From Eledone cirrhosa (Eukaryota), in NCBI GenBank assembly GCA_964016885.1, contig OZ024761.1, forward strand, positions 22,754,001-22,818,000: a stretch of 64,000 nt of DNA, given 5' to 3'. Positions 12,401 through 24,100 of the stretch are shown here, piece by piece (position 1 is the first letter of the stretch; every line of letters begins with the position of its first letter). The position numbers and the translations under genes were made by a program. The notes beneath the pieces were generated by a model that ran no database searches, was not told the origin of the DNA, and saw only the letters and a list, made by a program, of their open reading frames with translations.

Positions 12401-13342
12401 AGTTTACTGCACTGGGACACAATAGACACAATGGGTTGGGTGCTGTAAATATTATCTGTTTATATATTATATTACATATATGATGTGTTGTGTTGTTCAG
12501 GTGAGACCAGGGAAGCTGTGAAGAACTCTGCCTTTGTTGAGAAAGTAAAGAAATCTGGCTGTGAAGTGGTTTACATGGTAGACCCCATTGATGAATATGC
12601 TGCTCAACAACTGAAGGAATATGAGGGAAAACAGTTGGTGTGTGTAACCAAGGAGGGTTTGGAACTTCCCGACGATGAGGAATCCAAAAAGAAATTGGAA
12701 GAAAACAAGACAGCTTATGAAGGTTTATGTAAAGTTATTAAGGACATTCTGGACAAGAAAGTTGAAAAGGTCAGTAGAGGTTGCTTGTTTTAGGCTGTGA
12801 TTTCTGATGTTGTTTAGTTTGTTTTTATGTTAATTAATAACTAATGTGTTAATTGGCTGTAAATTAATATGTATATATTTTATTTGTTGTAGGTTGTTGT
12901 ATCAAACAGATTGGTGGACTCTCCCTGCTGTATTGTTACCAGTCAGTATGGTTGGTCAGCCAACATGGAACGTATCATGAAGGCTCAAGCCTTGAGAGAT
13001 ACTTCAACCATGGGTTACATGGCCGCTAAGAAACATCTGGAAATAAACCCTGATCATTCCATTATCAAGGCACTGAAGAGAAAGGTCGATGATGACAAAA
13101 ATGATAAAACTGTGAAAGACTTTGTTGTACTGATGTACGAAACCTCGCTATTGTCATCAGGGTTCAACCTTGATAACCCACAATCACATGCATCTCGTAT
13201 CCATCGGATGATCAAGTTTGGTCTTGGTTTAGATGAAGATGAAACACTGGAGGAGAGCCCTGTCACAGAGACCGCTGATTCAGACATGCCAGCTTTGGAA
13301 GGAGATGATGATGACTTGTCTAAAATGGAAGAAGTTGATTAA
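9422..13342 (+). CDS. HSP90: Cytosolic heat shock protein 90 (Hsp83/HSP90A type), 717 aa; exons 9422-10141, 10589-10798, 11119-11475, 11926-12073, 12501-12769, 12893-13342
   Basis: Signatures [70 protein letters not shown] and C-terminal MEEVD; all introns GT-AG with consistent phases. Confidence 0.98.
10165..10575. repeat. ~53-57-bp minisatellite filling HSP90 intron 2
   Basis: tatgaatggactggtgtggctgtg... about 7 copies. Confidence 0.9.
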
Positions 13343-13777
13343 TACCTCAACAGTACAATATTAGTGAAGTTTGAATGAGACTGATGAAAGAATGTTATTT
13401 CAATCCTGTAAATTTATTCCTCTTCATTACCATATTTAAATCAACTGTTCAGTAGTTAAAAACCTGAAAATGAAAAAAAAAATGTTTAAATAATCTCAGA
13501 TGCTTCTTACACTAAGCTGTTTTCTATGAAAACTAAAATCTCCATTTGCTTGTTATGAACTAATTACCATACTTTAATTACTCTCTCGTTACAAATAATC
13601 TACTTTTTCTAGGCTGTCTGTCTCCCTTGATTTTTATTTTTTTTTAAACCAGAATTAGTCGTTTGGTTTTCATGTTAAGACCCCAACCTATCCTATTTAT
13701 TTTATAACATATGGGATTTCTTGTAATGTTCTTTTTTAATATCTAAAGGAAATTGTTGCAGGAATGCTACCACTTAA

Positions 13778-13783
13778 AATAAA
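13778..13783 (+). terminator. Candidate HSP90 polyadenylation signal AATAAA
   Basis: AATAAA ~435 nt after the stop codon. Confidence 0.45.
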
Positions 13784-15094
13784 GTTTTCCCATTGGAATA
13801 AGAGTGGGAGTGGTTGGATGGTTATTTAAAACATGAGAGTAACAGTTCTTTAATTAACAAATATCAAATTCTGTTCACAATTTACCAGCAAACTTTTTGT
13901 AGTTATTGTTAAAATATTTTGACATTTAACAGAAGAAATTGTTGATAATTTAATGTCCTGTATTATTTATTGTATGATAATAGTAAATGTATTGTTGGGT
14001 GGAGCAGTGGATTGTTAGTGTCAGGCTAAATGCTTTGCAGCAATTATGGCCCTTTACATTCTAAGTTTAGATCCTGCTGAGGTGAACTTTGCCTTTCATC
14101 CTTCTGGGGGTTGATCTAATCAGTTTTCTCCTCACAAATATTGGCCTTGTGCCTTAGAGTTGGAGATTGGCAGAATTTTTAGTGTCAGATGAAATGTTTT
14201 AGTTTCAAATCCTTTCATCTTTCAGGGCTTGTAAAATACTGAGCTCTTCAACCCCCAGAATTGTTGGCCTTTATAGCTGTTAGGAAAGGAGTCCTGACCC
14301 CCTACCTAACTCCATCCATCACCTATTTGCTTGGTGTAAGCCTTTACTGCACTGATGATCCTTCATTCTCTTATGTATAATATTGGTTTCATTTTTTTAT
14401 TTTTTATTTTTTCCCCCCTAAATAAAAGATTTCTTAATAATTTTGGTTTTGTGGATTTTTTATTTATTCTTTGAGGCATATTTCACTTGTGTGTGCCTAA
14501 CTCTTTCATTGCCATATTTTTAATGAAATATGCTTTCCCTGATTTTTCAAGTAATTTTAATCTGTTTCGAGAAGTCTCGCTCAGACTTTAGAGCAGTTTA
14601 AAGTAGCAAAAGTCAACTGCCACATGATAGGAGATTCAGAGGATTCCATTATTGATGCAGCCCAGTGAAGGATGGTGACAAGAGGAAAATTGTGTTATGG
14701 ATTTGAGAAAGGTTTGTGAGGACTAATCAAGCTGAAAGTTCTAAACAGTGGTCCTGTCTGGAATAGAACATTATTGATTATTGATTTAACATGAATTTAT
14801 ATATGTATATACATATATAAATACAGAGGTGGTGAGAGCAGACCTCAGATTGCTGAAGCTCATGGAGAGGTGCTGTCCCACCCTTGCAAGCAGGGAAAAG
14901 ATGGTGATGATGTATATACATGTGAACCAATTGGAAGTGTTAATTATAATTTTATGTCTGCTATTTGAAAGGTTGTCCTGCCTCTGACATGTACACCCTC
15001 AGGGTGATGTCACAGAGGGGGACAGTTGAAAAGGTGTTCTGTGCTGAAAGTCAATCCAACTGTTGAGGCTTATTCTGAACTGAGATTATAGGGA

Positions 15095-15525
15095 GATATA
15101 TAGTAGATGTACTTGTGTTGGCACTTAGCCAGGCTGAGTGGAGTTGCCTCAACATAGTACATGTACTTGAGTCAGCACTTAGCCAGGCTGGATTGAGCTG
15201 CCTCAACATAGTACATGTACTTGAGTCAGCACTTAGCCAGGTTGAGTTGAGTTGCCTCTATATATATAGTAGATGTACTTGAGTCAGCACTTAGCCTGGC
15301 TGAGTGGAGTTGCCTCCATGTATATAGTAGATGTACTTGAGTCAGCACTTAGCCAGGCTGAGTTGAGTTGCCTCTATATATAGTACATGTACTTGAGTCA
15401 GCACTTAGCCAGGCTGAGTTGAGTTGCCTCCATACATAGTACATGTACTTGAGTCAGCACTTAGCCTGGCTGAGTGGAGTTGCCTCCATGTATATAGTAG
15501 ATGTACTTGAGTCAGCACTTAGCCT
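15095..15525. repeat. ~54-60-bp minisatellite
   Basis: gtacttgagtcagcacttagccaggctgag... about 7.5 copies. Confidence 0.9.
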
Positions 15526-15829
15526 GGTGTCTCCCATTCTTGAGAAGTGGTCAAACTGTAGCTTATCTAAGATAACTAACTCCTTTATCTCATTCTGCTC
15601 TAGTCCATTAAAGGGACACTATACAACTAACTAGTTCCAGCAAGCAGGGATATGTTAACCAGACAATCCAGCCCCCTCAAGGTCCGGTTAGCTTTATTCC
15701 CATTTACACTTCAACAAAGATTAGTCCATCATCAGCTCTGCACACTCTCATACAAAACAACATAGCCTTGTTTTCCACTTTTATCATCAATAACTTCATA
15801 GCAGTTTAATCCTTAATATATTTATTTAT

Positions 15830-16226
15830 CCCTTTAGCATTTAATCTGGCCAGAATTCTCTCACTACTTTCCGTTCAAACTGGCTGCTCATACTGATGTT
15901 AAGGTATTGTTCTCAAAATAAATATCAATATCTCATTGATTTGATATGTGAGATATAACATTTACCACACAAATACAATAGTATATATAGAGTTATGTGA
16001 GGTAAAGCCTTTACTGTGAAAATACAATAGTATATATCACCTTGACCGACCAGTCTGTCGGGTGCCGCTGGTCACAGCACGTGCTGTTTTAGCCATATGT
16101 TGACACCATCCCACTGGCTGGGTGGGCAGGCCTACAGTATATATAGAGTATGTAAATGTTATGTGAGGTAAAGTCTTTACCACAAAAATACAATAGTATA
16201 TATAGAGTAATGTAAATGGTAAAGGG
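15830..16226 (-). mobile_element. TTAA-type (piggyBac-like) MITE, reverse copy with an internal insertion
   Basis: TIR ccctttagcattta ... taaatggtaaaggg-TTAA; same body as 25605-25802. Confidence 0.65.
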
Positions 16227-16538
16227 TTAATATATTTAAGTAGCGATCATGATTTGTTGTTCATTCAATGGTATTTTAGGCAGCGCTTCATATAGGGAAA
16301 CCAACCTTATATGTATTTCCCATCAAACCAGAAGTTTATTACTAAAACTACACTGCCACACCACAATGGACGTAAACCCTGGGCTTGAAACAAACTATAT
16401 ATATATAAGTAGAAGTTGTATTTAATTTGTTGGAAGTCCGACAAACAAATGTTTATAACTGATTTAGAGCACTCAGATTACCGGAGTAAATATTCAATGG
16501 TATTAAATAAATGGAAACTATATTTATAAAACCATATT

Positions 16539-16597
16539 TATTTTATTATATATATTTCAAGGGCAACCAAGACAACATTGGTGCGCTTTCATCAGAT

Positions 16598-16603
<6 letters not shown>
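16539..16603 (-). ncRNA. Minimal type I hammerhead ribozyme motif
   Basis: Minus strand: tattttat CTGATGA aagcgcaccaa..ttggttgccctt GAAA tatata TA ataaaata (8-bp stem I). Confidence 0.65.
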
Positions 16604-16638
<35 letters not shown>

Positions 16639-16740
16639 ATATATATATATGTATAGTAATAATAATAAAATTGAAGACTAAATATATGTATATATATTTA
16701 TATATGTATATATATATTTATATATGTATATATATATTTA

Positions 16741-16783
<43 letters not shown>

Positions 16784-16792
16784 ATATATATA

Positions 16793-16849
16793 TTATCTGA
16801 TGAAAGCGCACCAATGTTGTCTTGGTTGCCCTTGAAATATATATAATAA
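16793..16849 (+). ncRNA. Minimal type I hammerhead ribozyme motif (inverted copy of 16539-16603)
   Basis: ttat CTGATGA stem II GAAA tatata TA ataa. Confidence 0.6.
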
Positions 16850-16999
16850 AATAAATATGGTTTTATAAATATAGTTTCCATTTATTTAATATCACTGAAT
16901 ATTTACTCCAGTATTCTGAGTGCTCTAAATCAGTTATAAACATTTGTTTGTCGGACTTCCAACAAATTAAATACTTCTACTTATATATATATATATAGT

Positions 17000-17265
17000 T
17001 TGTTTCAAGCCCAGGGGCTCGTCAGGCCAGTGCTTATCCTAGTTTCATCGGTGTTAAGCGACTGAGAGTACAATACTCTCCCCTGGACAGGACACCAGTC
17101 CATCGCAGGGTTAAACTTCCAGCTATTGCTGCTGGTACTCAGCTGAGTATACTGAAGCAAGATCAAATGAAGTGTTTTGCTCAAGAACACAACACATAAC
17201 CAAGTCCAGGAATCGAACCCACGACATTAGGATCGTAAGTTCAACAACCTTTCCACTAGGCCACG
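17000..17265 (-). mobile_element. tRNA-derived SINE (also 31515-31785, -)
   Basis: Head tggcctagtggaaagg...ggttcgattcc with A and B boxes, then tgtgttcttgagcaaaacactt core. Confidence 0.75.
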
Positions 17266-17479
17266 TATATATATATATAATTGTTTCTACTTTTGGCACA
17301 TCGCCAGCAATTACCCAGTACATTACTGGTACTTTATTTTATCAACACCGTAAAGATGAAAGGCAAAGTTAACCTCGACAGATTTGAACTTGGACTGTAA
17401 TGGGATGTAACTATGGTAGAAAGCATGGCGTCCAACCCTCTACCGATACTGCCAATTCACATATATACACACACATATA

Positions 17480-19174
17480 TCTATCTATCTATCTATCTAT
17501 CTATCTAGGGCGGGTAAAATCCATGGACGAGTTCTCTCCAGCGGTCTCTGTCCCTCATTATCGCTGCCATGTCCTGCGTCTCCATCAGACCAGTGTCTGT
17601 CCTTAGGGCATCAATATACGTTAACCTTGGTCTTCCCCTTCCAGTGTGTCCATGTAGGTGCTCCCACAGGAGCACTGAGTGCAATGTCAACTCTGGATGT
17701 CGGTGAGCATGTCCAGCTAACCTAGTGTGTCCATGTAGGGGCTCCCACAGGAGTACTGAGTGCAATGTCAACTCTGGATGTCGGTGAGCATGTCCAGCTA
17801 ACCTAGTGTGTCCATGTTAGGGCTCCCACAGGAGCACTGAGTGCAATGTCAACTCTGGATGTCGGTGAGCATGTCCAGCTAACCTAGTGTGTCCATGTAG
17901 GGGCTCCCACAGGAGCACTGAGTGCAATGTCAACTCTGGATGTGGGTGAGCATGTCCAGCTAACCTAGTGTGTCCATGCAGGGGCTCCCACAGGAGCACT
18001 GAGTGCAATGTCAACTCTGGATGTCGGTGAGCATGTCCAGCTAACCTAATGTGTCCATGTAGGGGCTCCCACAGGAGCACTGAGTGCAATGACAACTCTG
18101 GATGTGGGTGAGCATGTCCAGCTAACCTAGTGTGTCCATGTAGGGGCTCCCACAGGAGCACTGAGTGCAATGACAACTCTGGATGTGGGTGAGCATGTCC
18201 AGCTAACCTAGTGTGTCCATGTAGGGGCTCCCACAGGAGCACTGAGTGCAATGACAACTCTGGATGTGGGTGAGCATGTCCAGCTAACCTAGTGTGTCCA
18301 TGTAGGGGCTCCCACAGGAGCACTGAGTGCAATGACAACTCTGGATGTGGGTGAGCATGTCCAGCTAACCTAGTGTGTCCATGTAGGGGCTCCCACAGGA
18401 GCACTGAGTGCAATGTCAACTCTGGATGTGGGTGAGCATGTCCAGCTAACCTAGTGTGTCCATGTAGGTGCTCCCACAGGAGCACTGAGTGCAATGTCAA
18501 CTCTGGATGTCGGTGGGCATGTCCAGCGCCTTGCACTGGAGAAACACCAGGACTCTGGCTTTACTGTAACACCGGCTCAGAGCAGGAGAGTTAAGGCGAA
18601 AAAGGTATCAGGTGCTGAATTTGGTGACAAATACAGTGAAGGAGGCAGAGGATTTGATGCGGGAGGTTGAGACTGTGTCGATGAGTGTGGGGCTGAGAAT
18701 GAATGAGACTAAAACAAAATATCTGGTAGAGAATGTTGAGAAGCCAGAGGGGATCACTAATGTAGGCGGGAAGCCGCTAGAATTGGTTGAGGGCTTCCTG
18801 TATTTGGGAGCAAAGATTGGGAATACGGAAGATGATGTGGTTGAGAGGAAGAGCAAAGCCTGGGCGGCGTGCCACAGCTTGAGATCGGTGTGGAAGTTGG
18901 ACCTTCGTAAAGACCTGAAAATCCGCCTCTTCATTGCTGTAGTGGAGTCTGTGCTGCTGTACGGGTCTGAGACTTGGACACTGACCAAGAAACTCACTCA
19001 GATGGTGGATGGGTGCTACACGAGAATGCTGAGGATGGCTCTGAACATTAATCAGTATACACTGAGGATGAAGAACTCAGAGCTGTACGGGAGCCTCCCA
19101 AAAGTCAGCTCAAAAGTGACACAGAGGAGATTGAGGTTAGCTGGACATGCTCACCGACATTCAGAGTTGACATT

Positions 19175-19175
<1 letters not shown>
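17480..19175 (-). mobile_element. 5'-truncated RTE-clade LINE with inverted 5' part; 3' part on - (17480-18527, containing 11 x 81-bp tandem), inverted part on + (~18540-19175)
   Basis: GLRMNETKTKY, FLYLGAKI, VESVLLYGSETWTL, RRLRLAGHA, GRGRPRLTY, DRDRWR motifs; (TAGA)n tail; colinear with 62945-63317. Confidence 0.9.
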
Positions 19176-19226
<51 letters not shown>

Positions 19227-19285
19227 CCTGTGTCTGTACATTTTTGATAGAGCCTTATAGTTACTTCTTACTTGTGTTATATATG

Positions 19286-19324
<39 letters not shown>

Positions 19325-19664
19325 TCTACAGTGCTAAGACCGGAAAGACCACCAATAAAGGGAGTACTCAATACATGGGGAGATGCAGAGTGGGTATAGA
19401 AATATGGAAAATCCCGACTGCGGCCCCAATCAGATATTACATCCCTCCCTCTGTCTCTCTCTATATACGCGTGTGTGTGTGTTAAATGCGTGAGTAACTG
19501 CAGTAATTATAGTTTAACTCTCTCCAGAGACGGACAGTAGATTAAGTCTGATAGAGTTATCACCCTTGAGCAGGTTTAGCTCTCCAGTGGAAACAATCGA
19601 CTTTCGATTCTTTTGGTTGTGGTTTTTTGTTTGTTTTCAGTGTAATTACCAATGGCAAACAAGT

Positions 19665-21062
19665 ATGGCCAGTGTTGACAGCTTCGGCCTTCTCTATCGT
19701 AACTGTATCGAGATCTTCTCTTGTGCTCAGGAAGCCCTAGCCATACTTGGATTATACTTTAGTAGTAAAAAAGTGCTGGGTTTTACTTATACCGTTCTAC
19801 GTGCCTGTAATTGCCATGTGTTGAGTAAATTACAACAGACGGACTTTAAGAAGCTTTATGGAAAATGGGCAGGTATGTTTAGTAATCACACAACACTGTG
19901 CTCTTCCTTTTCCCCCTTAATTACTTTCAATTATTTACTTATTTGCTTCATCATCCCTAATGAATTTCTTAGGAATTTACTCAGGTCTTATGAGACCGAT
20001 CATTTTAATTAAGGGGTCTAATTTTCCCCGCCCCATCTCAATTTTAGACCAGCCGACTTTAGCAGAAGCTTTCTTTTGAAATATTATCAACGAACTTTCT
20101 CAAGACATTTTTTTCTACATAAAGAAAAAGTGGAAAACGAAAGAAAAAAAAAGCAAAAAAAAAGCAAACAAAACAACAAAACAGAAACCTTTCAGCCACA
20201 TATCGATATTTCTAATTATTTATATAACAAAGTTTTGTTTAATCTAAATGATAGATTTTTTTTTTTTTTTTAGAATTTAAAAAACAATATTAAACTAGGT
20301 TTTGTTATATTAATTGCTACAATTTCTAGAATACGATTGTTTTTTATGACCTTGACCTGCCGTAACTTAGTTTCAGACATTAAATCCTTTTTTCTGTCTT
20401 CGATATCAATTGTTAACACGGAACTAGTCAAAAGTACATAGTTTATGTTCTAATTCTTATCAGTAAAATATATACTTTGTCATATTCTCATATTTCTTCC
20501 CTATAAAATAAATTAGAATGCCTCTAAAGTTAAGTAAACGATAATTGTATTTGTATTTTAATAATTAATAAATATAATTAAAATTACACCACATTCCTAT
20601 AACTTTATTTAGTTTTTGTTCTTCTTAAACTAACACTGATTTTATTTTAATATAATCTTTAGTGTTAAATATTGTGTAAATATATCGACAACATTAACTA
20701 CTGATTTCTATCTGAGTCACACAGACTGGAGTTATTTGATGGGCGGGTGTCTCTAATTATGACAATCCTTTGTCATCTTTTTCATGTAGTTTAGTTACGG
20801 GAAGTCAGTCTTTTCAACTTTGTCACAAGTTGCTCTCTCTACTTCCAGCCATTGGCATTTCTTTATAGAACTGACAATTCTCACAACCTCAGTCCAAGGT
20901 TGTTTTTTTTTCTTCTTTTTTTTTTAGTCTTCCTCTACTATAGCTCCCTTCCACTGATATCACTCGTCCTTCCTTATCCATATGTATCACATGTCTGTAC
21001 CAGCACAGTCTTCTCTCCTGCACATCACACCCAACACACCCAGGCTCATTTCATTTCTCACT

Positions 21063-21107
<45 letters not shown>

Positions 21108-24100
21108 CGTAGTTTGATTGAAACACCGTGGAATAAGAAATACAAGTTTAAATAAGTTTAAATATTTGAAGCCCGACAATGCGTGCAAGATTAATATATA
21201 ATAATAATAATGAAATTATTGTGTACAGTGCTCAGGTGCACTACAACTCGTCAAAGGTGCATGTATAGTACATAGAATAATATACAAATGTCAGGGAAGT
21301 GAATAGTGTATGAGTCATGATATACATGTGTGTATGTGTATGGAGGGGGAACATTAGGTGTAGTGTTGGCGAATCTCGGGAAGCAGTGTCTCGACAGCTA
21401 ACAACTGATGCAGGTAGTTTGTTCCATGCTTCAGCAACTCTGAGCGTGAAAAAATGTTTCCGAAAGTCATGGGAACTGTGCTGTTTTCTGACTTTGTAGG
21501 CATGTCCACGTGTGTTAGACACATGGAAATCAAAAAAGTACTCAGGGTTGTTGTTGGCAAGATGGTTAACAATTTTGTGTGTGTTTACCAAGTCAGTTGC
21601 CAGTCTGAGATCCATTGTTGCATTGTGTCCAGGTCAGACTGCAAGCAAGATCTATAGTGTAGATCTATATATATATATAGATTACAATAATCAAAGTTCA
21701 GTTTAAATCATTTATTTGCTTACAATTGTTTCCTCCAAACCGAGGTTTGGATTCTTCGGAGCAACTATTTAGTGATCTATAACATACTTGACCTCCTTTT
21801 CAACACAAGAGACACATAAAACATATGTATATATTGATCCACAGTGGGATGACATCCAACAAAATGATATAGCATGGCAATTTACATATAAAGGTTACAG
21901 GATAAAAATGAAGCGTTGGCAGTCTATGAAGATAAAGAAAGAGGAAAGTTTAGAGTAGTCAGTGTATGAAACAATCTCACGTGTAGCATGCATGCTACAC
22001 GTGAGATTAACTTTGCCTTTCATCCTTACGGGGTCGATAAAATAAAGTACCAGTAATACACAGGGAAATTGCTGGCCTTGTGCCAAAAGTAGAAACAATT
22101 ATTTTTACTTTGTCTTTCTTAATATTTGTTTTCTATCTTACAGTTGTTACAGGAAGCAGCGAAGGTATCGGGAAGGCTTATGCCCACGAACTGGCCAGTC
22201 GTGGAATGAACCTTATATTGGTCAGTAAAGGCGAGTCACTACTGAAGAAAACTGCTGAATCTATAAGTAAGTTGACCTATGGTCAAAGGACACTTTAGTC
22301 GTGACCATTCTGTCTGTGTTTCTCTGGTGCCACAATAAAATACACCCAGTACACTCTGTAAAGTGGTAGTGTTGGTGTCATGATAAAATACATCCAGTGC
22401 ACTCTGTAAAGTGGTAGTGTTGGTGTCATGATAAAATACACCCAGTACACTCTGTAAAGTGGTAGTGCTGGTGGCATGATAAAATACACCCAGTACACTC
22501 TGTAAAGTGGTAGTGCTGGTGTCATGATAAAATACATCCAGTACACTCTGTAAAGTGGTAGTGTTGGTGTCATGATAAAATACACCCAGCGGGTCCTCTC
22601 AGAAGCAACCATCTCCAATTGATCCAGCTGGATTCCCAAGTGAGACCAGCTGAGCTCATGGATGTTTTCCAACCATCTTGTTCAGGGTCTCCTGCTGGTT
22701 GGTTTTGCCCGTAAAATCTGTCCAGCGGTTCTTTTCTGAGACATTCTAACCACATGCCTGTAGTATCGGAGCTGTGATCTCTTAATTCTGAGAAGTAGCA
22801 GCTCTACCTGGAGTATCTTAGTATTTTAGTTTTGAAAATAATTAATAATTTTAATAAATTAATTGAAATAAAGTGTACCTAATGAGAAAGTTTAAATTAA
22901 TGAGATGGGACTTGGTTATATTTGTTTCCAGCTAACCAGTTTGGAGTTCAAGTCATTCCAATTGTTGTCGACTTTTCTGCCAACAGAGAACTTTACCATA
23001 GAATCTGGTCACAGATACAGGACAAAGAAATAGGAATTTTAAGTAAGTGTTAACTCCATTTTGACTTCCATGTGTTCAGTTTATTTCTTTACCAGAATCT
23101 TTTAGTCTAGAGCAACCTCTCTAGTGCTGGTGTCATAATATAATACACCCAGTACACACTGTAAAGTGGTAGTGCTGGTGTCACTATAAAATACACCCAG
23201 TACACTCTGTAAAGTGGTAGTGCTGGTGTCACTATAAAACACACCCAGTACACTCTGTAAAGTGGTAGTGCTGGTGCTACAATATAATACACCCAGTACA
23301 CTCTGTAAAGTGGTAGTGCTGGTGCTACAATATAATACACCCAGTACACTCTGTAAAGTAGTAGTGCTGGTGTCACAATATAATACACCCAGTACACTCT
23401 GTAAAGTGGTAGTGCTGGTGTCACTATATAATACACCCAGTACACTCTGTAAAGTAGTAGTGCTGGTGTCATAATATAATACACCCAGTACACTCTGTAA
23501 AGTGGTAGTGCTGGTGTCATGATAAAATACACCCAGTACACTCTGTAAAGTGGTAGTGCTGGTGTCACTATAAAATACACCCAGAACACACTGTAAAGTG
23601 GTAGTGCTGGTGTCACTATAAAATACACCCAGTACACTCTGTAAAGTGGTAGTGCTGGTGCTACAATATAATACACCCAGTACACTCTGTAAAGTGGTAG
23701 TGCTGGTGTCACTATATAATACACCCAGTACACTCTGTAAAGTAGTAGTGCTGGTGTCATAATATAATACACCCAGTACACTCTGTAAAGTGGTAGTGCT
23801 GGTGTCATGGTAAAATACACCCAGTACACTCTGTAAAGTGGTAGTGCTGGTGTCATGATAAAATACACCCAGTACACTCTGTAAAGTGGTAGTGCTGGTG
23901 TCATAATATAATACACCCAGTACACTCTGTAAAGTGGTAGTGCTGGTGTCATAATATAATACACCCAGTACACTCTGTAAAGTGGTAGTGCTGGTGCTAC
24001 AATATAATACACCCAGTACACTCTGTAAAGTGGTAGTGCTGGTGTCACTATATAATACACCCAGTACACTCTGTAAAGTAGTAGTGCTGGTGTCATAATA

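Noticed and set aside
17817-18536. His-rich 27-aa repeat protein
   Set aside because: Tandem copies of an RTE ORF segment, not a host gene
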